Below, piece after piece: positions 45,211-52,787 of a stretch of 52,787 nt of DNA (position 1 is its first letter; every line of letters begins with the position of its first letter). The translations under genes and the position numbers were made by a program. Source of the stretch: an uncultured Candidatus Saccharibacteria bacterium (GTDB taxonomy: Bacteria; Patescibacteriota; Minisyncoccia; GCA-002772825); NCBI GenBank assembly GCA_964363045.1, contig CAYIGM010000002.1, forward strand, positions 1 to 52,787, given 5' to 3'. The notes below the pieces were generated by a model. It was not told the origin of the DNA. It did not search any database and worked only from the letters and a program-made list of their open reading frames with translations.

Positions 45211-45219
45211 ATTATACCA
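45211..45219 (-). promoter_or_regulatory. Extended -10 promoter for the 639-aa gene (leaderless)
   Basis: TGGTATAAT on the minus strand, 6 nt before ATG 45204. Confidence 0.4.
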
Positions 45220-45224
45220 TAAAA

Positions 45225-45242
45225 CCTCTTAAACCGAAGAGG
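45225..45242 (-). terminator. Hairpin after recO (CCTCTT-N6-AAGAGG followed by TTTTAT)
   Basis: Short 6-bp stem followed by a U-rich tract on the minus strand. Confidence 0.4.
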
Positions 45243-45250
45243 CGCCCTAA

Positions 45251-45835
45251 TCAAAGATGGCTCTCTTTCAATCCTTTTCTGATTTCCAGAGACGCCTCCT
45301 TCTTAAAATTGTTCATCTCGTTAACAATCTCCAAAGAAAGTTCTCCTTCTAAAAACTTGCCAAGATTGCCGGTTGTGCCGATATAACCAAGATTATCCAA
45401 TATTTTAAGCGCCATTATAATTTCAAAATTGGCAATAGATTTTTTATCCAAAGAATTTTTATCAAGAAAACATATCCCTTTTTCAACAATACGCCAAAGA
45501 ACTTCGTTTTTCTCTTCGCCTTGAACCAATCGGGAAAGAAGATTTGCAATTCTTCCGAGCGATATATATTTATCATTATCTTCCTTAATGCTGAATCCCG
45601 AAATTTCTCTCGCATCTATCACACGCCATGATTCCCTGCCACGGACAAAAGAAAAACTGGCGTAAGATAAATTATCCAGATTATATCTTAATTTTGACTT
45701 TAAGAGCCTAACACCGTTTGCCGCGGCTTTAAGTCCGCCCAAACCGGCAGTATAGAAACTGATGAATTGGTCAGCTTCGCCAAAATTTTTTTTCCCGAGA
45801 ATAATCCCTTCTGTTTGATATATATAATGAGACAT
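45251..45835 (-). CDS. recO: DNA repair protein RecO (short form)
   Basis: N-terminal OB-fold signature TEGIILGKKNFGEADQFISFYT. 194 aa. Confidence 0.78.
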   Translation of the reverse strand: MSHYIYQTEGIILGKKNFGEADQFISFYTAGLGGLKAAANGVRLLKSKLRYNLDNLSYASFSFVRGRESWRVIDAREISGFSIKEDNDKYISLGRIANLLSRLVQGEEKNEVLWRIVEKGICFLDKNSLDKKSIANFEIIMALKILDNLGYIGTTGNLGKFLEGELSLEIVNEMNNFKKEASLEIRKGLKESHL

Positions 45836-45839
45836 TTAT

Positions 45840-46835
45840 TTACCTTTTTTCGTTTATAATATCTTTGGCCGCCTCCCAAAATTCCGGCCGATTATGCTTC
45901 TCCTTCATCCAATACCACCACTCAACCCCCCATAAATAGATTTCCTTAAAACCGGTTTTCTTGGCATATTCTATATTACTGTGAAATTGATTTATATTCA
46001 TAGATATCTCCTGCTCGGATAAAGGCGTCTCGTAAATCATCTTGGGTCCCCAGGGTTCAAGCTGGAGCTCGCTTATTATGATAGGCTTGTCGGGATAAAA
46101 CAGGTGCAATAAATTAGCCTTAAACCAAAAAAAGTTTGGCGGCAAAGGGTATTCAAAAAAACCGAAATATTTATTCCAAACTATCCTGTAAACACTAGTG
46201 CCAAAAATATCCGCGCGCTTGGCGGCGGAAAACCATGTGCCAAGCTCCCCGCTATCCGTTAACATAACAGGCCGGCTCGGGTCGGCAGAACGCACGATTT
46301 TGATCTCTTCATCTAAAAAATCTTTATTGAATCTGTCACATTCGCCGAAATGCAAAAACGGCTCATTTTCAATCTGCCAAGCGTATATATTGTCAAAATC
46401 TTTATACCGTCTGACTATTTTGTCCACAAGATGAAGAATCTCGTCTTTCTTACGCTCTTTACTCAAAGGATCAATCCATAACGGGATTTGACACTCAGGC
46501 CAACGCGGGAGTTTCTGCCCTATCGCCAAAACCAATTTTACGTCCCTTTTTTCAGCTTCTTTTATCATCCAATCGTAATCGTCAAATATATAAACACCTT
46601 CCTCCGGCTCAACATCATGCCAATAAAGAGGGATGCGCACCACCTCCGGATTAAGCTCTTCAAGCATAGCGAGATAAACCTCTTTAAAATCAAGCCCCAT
46701 ATCTTGGCTGAAAGACTTGGAGAATGTTATCCCCCAAGTATAATCAGGATTATCATTTACAATCGGCGTAAAAAGTAAAAAAGCAAAAAATCCCAATATT
46801 GAAATTAAAAATAAAATTAAAAATATTTTTTTCAT
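45840..46835 (-). CDS. Membrane-anchored or secreted glycoside hydrolase, clan GH-A (GH42/GH5-like)
   Basis: N-terminal TM or signal. IPLYWHDVEPEEGVYIFDDYD and the acid/base motif WQIENEP. Confidence 0.7.
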   Translation of the reverse strand: MKKIFLILFLISILGFFAFLLFTPIVNDNPDYTWGITFSKSFSQDMGLDFKEVYLAMLEELNPEVVRIPLYWHDVEPEEGVYIFDDYDWMIKEAEKRDVKLVLAIGQKLPRWPECQIPLWIDPLSKERKKDEILHLVDKIVRRYKDFDNIYAWQIENEPFLHFGECDRFNKDFLDEEIKIVRSADPSRPVMLTDSGELGTWFSAAKRADIFGTSVYRIVWNKYFGFFEYPLPPNFFWFKANLLHLFYPDKPIIISELQLEPWGPKMIYETPLSEQEISMNINQFHSNIEYAKKTGFKEIYLWGVEWWYWMKEKHNRPEFWEAAKDIINEKR

Positions 46836-46841
46836 TTTTTA

Positions 46842-47762
46842 TTAAAAAGCCAAAACCATTAACCCTATACCTATTAAAAGCACAGCGGCAACTTTCTGAA
46901 AGAAGCATTTCCAGTGGTGCACTTCTTCTTTAATGGCTCCCGGGGAAACCCTGACAATAACCCCCGCCAGAAAAAGAATGGAAATATACTGCACCCCCTG
47001 AAGCGCGTTTACCAAAGTGACACTACCGAGAGAGATGGCGTAATTTAGAAGGATGAATCCGATGCCGGCTAAAAATTTATTGGCGATAAACAGACCGCCA
47101 CCCCCGACTCCGACATTTTTCGTAGTGTGAAATATGGCCTGCCTAAATCCCTTTGGTATAATAAGAAAAAAAGCGGCAAAGAAACTCCCGACCCTCGTCC
47201 AGACAAAAGTTGAAATAAACGGCTGATTAAGAAAAACAAATTTCGTCAAAACATAAAAAATGGCAAAAAGTAAAGCAGCCAAGATTGAAACTTCAATCTT
47301 TCGCCAAGAATATTTTTTAAATGCTGAATTATTATGAAGATGATGCTCTTTCCTTCTCGCCAAGATCAAAATACCCCCTGCAAAGAGAAAAAAGAACGCT
47401 ATTATTTGATACCAAAATAATCTTTCTCCCAAAAATAGAAACGAGAGTAAAAATACAAAAATCGGCGTGAAGGCGCCGACAATCGGCGCTATACGCGAAA
47501 CCTCGTCTTTACTCAAAGCGATGAAAAATGCCAGAAGCGCGCAGAGAAAAACCGCACCGACAAGAAAATTCAAAGCAAGTTGGCTTACTCCCGGCCAAAC
47601 AAGACTAAAGGGAGCAAAGACCAATCCAAATATGCTGAATAACCCCACATAGAATGTGTAAGCGATAGGGTTCGGAATATTCTTATCCAAAAGGAGTTTA
47701 TCTATTACCGAATTGGCGGCATTTATAAAGTAAGCAATGATAGCAACAAAAACCCAGCTCAT
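46842..47762 (-). CDS. EamA/DMT-superfamily transporter
   Basis: 306 aa with about 10 TM segments in two similar halves. Confidence 0.78.
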   Translation of the reverse strand: MSWVFVAIIAYFINAANSVIDKLLLDKNIPNPIAYTFYVGLFSIFGLVFAPFSLVWPGVSQLALNFLVGAVFLCALLAFFIALSKDEVSRIAPIVGAFTPIFVFLLSFLFLGERLFWYQIIAFFFLFAGGILILARRKEHHLHNNSAFKKYSWRKIEVSILAALLFAIFYVLTKFVFLNQPFISTFVWTRVGSFFAAFFLIIPKGFRQAIFHTTKNVGVGGGGLFIANKFLAGIGFILLNYAISLGSVTLVNALQGVQYISILFLAGVIVRVSPGAIKEEVHHWKCFFQKVAAVLLIGIGLMVLAF

Positions 47763-47806
47763 ATTTAAATAATTATACCCTAATTAGAAATTTAGGTAAA
47801 ACAAAA

Positions 47807-47828
47807 GGCGGGTTTTTAAAAACCCGCC
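47807..47828 (-). terminator. Intrinsic terminator after the GH1 gene
   Basis: Perfect palindrome GGCGGGTTTTT/AAAAACCCGCC, followed on the minus strand by TTTTGTTTT. Confidence 0.75.
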
Positions 47829-47859
47829 TAGCAAAGACCTGGACTGTTTTTAACACAAA

Positions 47860-49107
47860 TCAAAGCTCCATCTCATTCTCTTTGCAAATCTTCGCATACT
47901 CATAGGCGCTGGGGCGGATTTTACGCTCCAGTGTCTTGTAATCAATCTCCACCAAGCCAAACCTCGGCCAGAACCCCTTATCCCATTCAAAGTTATCCAG
48001 CAAAGACCAATAGAGGTATCCTCTGACATCCACCCCGTCCTCCATCGCCCTTGCCACAGCCTTAATATTCTCTCTGATAAACCAACTTCTATACTTATCT
48101 TCCTTGTCAGCCAAACCGTTTTCTGTAATATAAATCGGCTTATTATATTTTCTTATATCAAGCAGTCCATAATACAGAGCCTCCGGATAAAGTTCCCACC
48201 CCATATCGGAAAGCTTCTCATTTTTATTCTTATTAAAACCGTAATTGATCGTATTGTGATGATAATTATTCAGACCGATAAAATCCTGGCAATTCGCGAT
48301 ACTATTCAGAAACGAGAAATTCCATGCCCAATCAAGCGCTTTTTTAAGCAGGCGATTTATAAATCTCTCTTTATACGCATCAAAATAAACATTATGTTTA
48401 GAAATCCCAACTTGATAATCTTTATTTATTTCTTTAAGTGTTTTATAAGCCGCGCGATGAGCCTTAGTTAAATTTCTTATTACTAAAAACAAAGACAACG
48501 GATCCTTTTTCTGCGGAGGCCATGCGCCTTTTAGATATGAATGCGTCGCATAAACCAGCGGCTCATTTAAAGTAATCCAGAATTTGGCATCAGCGCCGAG
48601 CGCTTCTGCCATCTTCCTGGTGTATCTTCCAAAATACTCTATCACCTCGCCAGACATCCAGCCTCCTTTATCTTTAAGCCAGACAGGAAGCGGCCAATGC
48701 CAAAGGGTAACAAAAGGCTCAATTCCTCGCGCGCGCAAAGCCTTAATTACTTTCCGATAATGCTCTATCTCTTTCTCGTCAAATCTCCCCTCCTCCGGTT
48801 CAATGCGCGACCACTCTATGGAAAAACGAAAAGCGTTTTGCCCCAGAGATTTCGCAATATCAAAGTCCTCTTCATAACGGTTGTAATGGTCGCAAGCGAC
48901 ACCCGAGATGTAATTCTCGGGATTCTCCGCCTCTTCTTTAATGCTTTCCCAATTCGGCAAATAGCCAAATTTTCTCTTAGCGCTCTTCGCCAATCTCTCG
49001 GCATTCTTCTTCTCCCAGATAAACCAGTCGTTCACATTGCCACCTTCCACTTGATGGCTGGCCGTAGCACTCCCCCACAAAAAATTTTCCGGAAATTTAA
49101 ATTTCAT
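47860..49107 (-). CDS. GH1 beta-glucosidase
   Basis: FLWGSATASHQVEGG N-terminal signature, TLNEP acid/base motif and ITENG nucleophile motif. Confidence 0.92.
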   Translation of the reverse strand: MKFKFPENFLWGSATASHQVEGGNVNDWFIWEKKNAERLAKSAKRKFGYLPNWESIKEEAENPENYISGVACDHYNRYEEDFDIAKSLGQNAFRFSIEWSRIEPEEGRFDEKEIEHYRKVIKALRARGIEPFVTLWHWPLPVWLKDKGGWMSGEVIEYFGRYTRKMAEALGADAKFWITLNEPLVYATHSYLKGAWPPQKKDPLSLFLVIRNLTKAHRAAYKTLKEINKDYQVGISKHNVYFDAYKERFINRLLKKALDWAWNFSFLNSIANCQDFIGLNNYHHNTINYGFNKNKNEKLSDMGWELYPEALYYGLLDIRKYNKPIYITENGLADKEDKYRSWFIRENIKAVARAMEDGVDVRGYLYWSLLDNFEWDKGFWPRFGLVEIDYKTLERKIRPSAYEYAKICKENEMEL

Positions 49108-49237
49108 ATGTTAATTTATTTTTCAACTCTTTTTTATATTCTTCATCATTAAGTATACGTATTTTTGGTATTTCACCACCCCCTTTGATAATCTCGGGAA
49201 TTTTATCTCTCACTAATTTATTATAAATTTTTTCCAT
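49103..49237 (-). pseudogene. 44-codon remnant of a MazG/PRA-PH-like NTP pyrophosphohydrolase gene
   Basis: MEKIYNKLVRDKIPEIIKGGGEIPKIRILNDEEYKKELKNKLTYEI*. The KLVRDKIPEII...L.DEEY..EL..KL start is characteristic of a ~100-aa family. The ORF stops where the GH1 gene starts, with a 5-nt overlap. Confidence 0.45.
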
Positions 49238-49238
49238 A

Positions 49239-52200
49239 TTATCTCACAACTTTTATTATAAACTCCAAACCATCTAACTTCAAAGCCTCTCCGCCTTCCA
49301 CTTCCTTAAACTCAACAGCGCGCGCGTTAACAATCTTCTTAAGCTCATCCTCAAATTTCTTTACCAATTCTTGTCCGACAGAATCCGTCTTAATGAAAAC
49401 AGCAATCTCATCCTTCGGTGTCAAACCGGCCTTCTTCCTTAAATCCTGGACAAACCTAACGATATCCCTAAACCTTCCTTCGGAAACAAGTTCGGGAGTT
49501 AATTCCAAATCTAGCTTTACGTCATTTTCAATTCCGGCATCGAAACTAATCTCCTTTACATTCACCTCGTCTTTCACCAGCTCAAGTAAATCATCTTTTC
49601 CTTTTAACTTTTCGTTCTTAATTATCAATTTTTGCAGAGGCTGCCTTACTTTAATCCCCGCTTCAGCTCGCGCCTCAAGACCAAAGGAGACGATCTTCCT
49701 TATCTCCTTCATATCATAAAGAATCTCTAAATCTTTATTCGTTTTATCCACCCCGAACATACCAAGGAGATTCTCAGTTAATGATTTCTTTAACGGCCAT
49801 TCTTCCAAGTGTACGCTTTCTTTTTCACTGCTCAACAACTTATAAAGCCTTTCTGCCATAAACGGCATTAAAGGAGCCGTCACTTTAGCAAAGCCCAAGA
49901 GAATGAATTTTGTGGTCAAGATAGCGCTCTCTTTATCTTCCCCTTCGTCTTTAAATCTGTCTCTGGAACGCCTGACATACCAAGTGGAGAGATCATCCAC
50001 AAAATCAAAAATAGGCCTTGCCGCTTTATCAAGTTCATATTTATCAAGGCCCGCTGTTATTTCTTCCGTCAATTCATTAAGTCGCGCGACTATCCACCTG
50101 TCCAAAATATTTCCTATAGTCCCACTTGGCGGCGCCGCCAAGTGGGACTTGGCGGCGCCGCCGCCAAGTGAGTACATATCGTAGAAACTATACACATTCC
50201 ATAAACGCAAAATTACTTTCTTATACACTTCATCTACATTTTTTTCCGAAAAATTGATATCCTCCGCGCGTACCGCCGGTGAGGATAAAAGATAAAGCCG
50301 AAGCGCGTCAGCGCCATATTTTTTAACAATTTCCACCGGGTCGGTATAATTCTTAAGACGTTTGCTTATCTTCTGCCCGTCGAGAGCCAAGATAATGCCG
50401 TTTACAATCACATTCTTATACGCCGGCCGACCAAACAAGGCGGTAGATAATACAAGCAGTGTGTAAAACCAGCCTCGCGTCTGGTCTAGCCCTTCGGCGA
50501 TAAACTCCGCCGGGAAATTCTTTTCAAGCTCCTCTTTATTTTCAAAAGGATAATGCGCCGAGGCATAGGGCATTGAACCAGACTCAAACCAGCAATCAAA
50601 TACATAGATAATCCTCTTCATCTTACCACCGCAAGAACAGTCAAACTCCACCTTATCTATATAGGGCCGATGCAAGTCCAGTTCATAATCCTCATTATGA
50701 GGAACTGGGGTAAACTCTAGCTTTCTTAATTCTCCGGTCTCTATATAATCATCGCCCTTTTCTTCTTTCATCTTTACCGACTTTTTCACATCAGCGCCAA
50801 GAGCGCCGGCAAAGAGAAGCCAGATAGGATACTCATGACTGATAATTAAAATATTCTTACCCTGATATTTGTTTTCAATATCATACAAAAATTCAGACAC
50901 TCTGTTTTTAAGCTCTGTCAGATTCTCCCCTTTAGGCGGCGATTTTACAAACTTCTCTTCAAAAGTGTCAAAATAATTATGGTAATCAGCCGGACTTTTC
51001 CCGTCAAAAATTCCGGTATTTAATTCCCTAATTCGTTTGTCAAAAATAATTTTCTCTTTATCATAACCGATCTCTCCTGCCACTATTTCAGCCGTCTCTT
51101 TTGTCCGGATAAAATCCGAAGAAAAGATAATATCAATATTTTCACTTTTTATTTTTTGAGAAATTCCACTCGTGTCCGCCCTTCCTTTTTCCGTAAGATG
51201 GTGCGGGTTATCCACCATGGAACTCACGATATTTTTCTTATTGTGGTCTGACTCTCCATGACGCATCACGAAATATCCATTGCCTGACTTTTGAATTTTA
51301 TCTTTGATATCATCTATGGAGCCTGCGATTTCCAAGCTATCGCACTTCTCGCATTTCCACACTGGCAAAGGCGCTCCCCAGAATCTGCTTCTTGATATCG
51401 CCCAGTCTCTGGCGCCAGAAAGCCACTTTCCGAAACGGCCGTTCTTTATATGCGCCGGCACCCAATTAATCTCCTCATTATTCTTAAGAAGATTGTCTTT
51501 AATTGCCGTCACTTTCACAAACCAAGAAGAGGTCGCGTAATTCAAGAGAGGTGTATCGCACCTCCAGCAATGTGGGTAAGAGTGAACTATCTTTTTCTTG
51601 GCAAACAATTTCCCTTCGCGAGCTAAATACTTTATTATTTCAATATCAGTTTCCTGGTGATTCTCTTTCGGTTTTACAAATCTTCCGGCAAAATCCTTCA
51701 CTTCACTTCTAAAACGACCGTCACCGGTGACATGCTGAACAAAAGGAAGAGCGTATTCCATGGCGACATTCATATCGTCCTCGCCAAAAGCCGGCGCGAT
51801 ATGCACAACACCCGTTCCTTCTTCCGTTGTCACAAAATCAGCCGAATATATTTTCCAGCCGTTTTCCCGATTCTCCAAATCTCTTTTCTCTGAATAATAA
51901 TCAAAAAGCGGTTTATAACTTTTACCGGAAAGAGTGCCTCCCTTAAAGGTTTCAATTATCTCGTATTCTCCTTCAATAACAGAAAGCCTGTCTTTCGCCA
52001 AAATAATCTTCTCGCCGTCTTTTTCAATCTTCGCATATAAAATATCCGGATTCATCGCCAAAGCGACATTGCCCGGAAGAGTCCAAGGCGTCGTCGTCCA
52101 AGCGAGGACAAAAGTGCCCGGCTCATCAACGAGCTCAAATTTAGCCGTCACCGAAATATCCGTAATATCCTTATACCCTTGAGAAACTTCAAAGTTCGCG

Positions 52201-52763
52201 AGGGTCGTTTCGCAACGCGGGCAAAGGTGCATCGGTTTGTATCCCTCATACACAAGACCTTTGTCATAAAGAGTTTTAAAAACCCACCAAACAGATTCCA
52301 TATAATTCGCATCCATCGTCTTGTAATCCGCTTCCATGTCAACGAATCGTCCAATTTGAGGAATAATCTTTTTCCAATCGTTTGTATCGCGAACAACAAC
52401 ATTTTTAGCGGCTTTATTAAATTTCTCAAGCCCCAACTCTTCAATGTCACTCTTAGCTTTAAGACCAAGCTCCTTTTCAACAACATTTTCAACAGGCAGA
52501 CCATGGCAATCCCAACCCCAACGACGCGGGACGCGATATCCTTGCATTGTCTTATAGCGAGGAATTATATCTTTAATGACACTCGCCAAAATATGCCCAT
52601 AATGAGGCGGACCATTGGCAAAAGGCGGTCCATCATAGAAAACAAACTCACCTGAAGTGGAATCCTTCTTGAGAGTTTTTTCAAAAATTTTATTATCCTG
52701 CCAAAACTTTAAAATATCCTTTTCCGCTTCAGCCGGAGATTTATCTTTTAGATTATCTTCCAT
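49239..52763 (-). CDS. ileS: Isoleucine--tRNA ligase (type 2, eukaryote/Thermus-like) with an internal histidine-phosphatase domain
   Basis: PPFANGPPHYGH (HIGH), editing domain TTTPWTLPGN, WAISRSRFWG, FDCWFESGSMPYA, DQTRGWFYTL and KISKRLKN (KMSKS). Confidence 0.95.
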   Translation of the reverse strand: MEDNLKDKSPAEAEKDILKFWQDNKIFEKTLKKDSTSGEFVFYDGPPFANGPPHYGHILASVIKDIIPRYKTMQGYRVPRRWGWDCHGLPVENVVEKELGLKAKSDIEELGLEKFNKAAKNVVVRDTNDWKKIIPQIGRFVDMEADYKTMDANYMESVWWVFKTLYDKGLVYEGYKPMHLCPRCETTLANFEVSQGYKDITDISVTAKFELVDEPGTFVLAWTTTPWTLPGNVALAMNPDILYAKIEKDGEKIILAKDRLSVIEGEYEIIETFKGGTLSGKSYKPLFDYYSEKRDLENRENGWKIYSADFVTTEEGTGVVHIAPAFGEDDMNVAMEYALPFVQHVTGDGRFRSEVKDFAGRFVKPKENHQETDIEIIKYLAREGKLFAKKKIVHSYPHCWRCDTPLLNYATSSWFVKVTAIKDNLLKNNEEINWVPAHIKNGRFGKWLSGARDWAISRSRFWGAPLPVWKCEKCDSLEIAGSIDDIKDKIQKSGNGYFVMRHGESDHNKKNIVSSMVDNPHHLTEKGRADTSGISQKIKSENIDIIFSSDFIRTKETAEIVAGEIGYDKEKIIFDKRIRELNTGIFDGKSPADYHNYFDTFEEKFVKSPPKGENLTELKNRVSEFLYDIENKYQGKNILIISHEYPIWLLFAGALGADVKKSVKMKEEKGDDYIETGELRKLEFTPVPHNEDYELDLHRPYIDKVEFDCSCGGKMKRIIYVFDCWFESGSMPYASAHYPFENKEELEKNFPAEFIAEGLDQTRGWFYTLLVLSTALFGRPAYKNVIVNGIILALDGQKISKRLKNYTDPVEIVKKYGADALRLYLLSSPAVRAEDINFSEKNVDEVYKKVILRLWNVYSFYDMYSLGGGAAKSHLAAPPSGTIGNILDRWIVARLNELTEEITAGLDKYELDKAARPIFDFVDDLSTWYVRRSRDRFKDEGEDKESAILTTKFILLGFAKVTAPLMPFMAERLYKLLSSEKESVHLEEWPLKKSLTENLLGMFGVDKTNKDLEILYDMKEIRKIVSFGLEARAEAGIKVRQPLQKLIIKNEKLKGKDDLLELVKDEVNVKEISFDAGIENDVKLDLELTPELVSEGRFRDIVRFVQDLRKKAGLTPKDEIAVFIKTDSVGQELVKKFEDELKKIVNARAVEFKEVEGGEALKLDGLEFIIKVVR
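50121..50170. repeat. Tandem GC-rich palindromes inserted in frame in ileS
   Basis: CCCACTTGGCGGC|GCCGCCAAGTGGG is a perfect 26-nt palindrome at 50121-50146. A near copy ACTTGGCGGCGCCGCCGCCAAGTG follows directly. Together they encode ...LGGGAAKSHLAAPPSG. Confidence 0.8.
50682..51284 (-). other. Histidine phosphatase (PGAM/His_Phos_1-like) domain embedded in IleRS, about residues 494-694
   Basis: FVMRHGESDHN (RHG), SSDFIRTKETAEIV (second Arg), RELNTGIFDG (Glu) and LIISHEYPI (second His). Flanked by VWKCEKCDSLEIAGS and LDLHRPYIDKVEFDCSCGG, which sit about 12 aa apart in the Thermus IleRS as I recall it. Confidence 0.8.
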
Positions 52764-52787
52764 TCTTGAAATGATACTATTTTAAGC

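Noticed and set aside
17272-49238. Intergenic gaps (17272-17564, 28273-28886, 33392-33507, 34434-34601, 38024-38206, 49108-49238) scanned for tRNA, tmRNA, RNase P, SRP or 6S RNA signatures.
   Set aside because: I saw no GTTCGAATC-type T-arm, acceptor/anticodon cloverleaf or other conserved core motifs. Covariance-model searches I cannot run here would be needed to be certain.

Overview
AT-rich bacterial window, almost entirely coding and mostly on the minus strand. It uses the standard code: TAA, TAG and TGA all end clear genes. I found no rRNA, tRNA or CRISPR array. The minimal housekeeping set, PaaX-like wHTH protein, giant PG-binding and beta-helix surface proteins, and many glycosyltransferases suggest a small-genome Patescibacteria/CPR-like organism (inference only). 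Layout: (1) 112-15695 is a glycan/glycoconjugate assembly island. It holds three homologous polytopic membrane proteins, six GT4-type glycosyltransferases, a GT-C/ArnT-like protein, a NodB deacetylase and a methyltransferase. The island also contains a divergent Elp3 / Trm9-like pair, a eukaryote/archaeal-type tRNA U34 modification pathway. (2) rplJ-rplL with a long structured leader. (3) 17.5-28.9 kb is a surface-protein region. It has a TSP3-repeat protein, a 1301-aa Zn-hydrolase/LTD/beta-helix protein and a 1183-aa PG-binding Ig-repeat protein, plus a RAYT-type Y1 transposase with REP-like palindromes. (4) Housekeeping genes: ftsK, recA, ECF sigma with a membrane partner, efp, rpsF-ssb-rpsR, tatD, a PaaX-like gene broken by an in-frame TAG, metG, an AI-2E permease, an M16 peptidase, glyQS and recO. 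(5) A small glycoside-hydrolase/EamA block lies next to a MazG-like gene remnant. (6) ileS carries an apparently intact histidine-phosphatase domain inside its catalytic core and a GC-rich palindromic doublet inserted in frame. Several genes have -10 boxes 5-7 nt from the ATG, suggesting leaderless mRNAs. Product calls come from motifs read by eye, and no database search was run.
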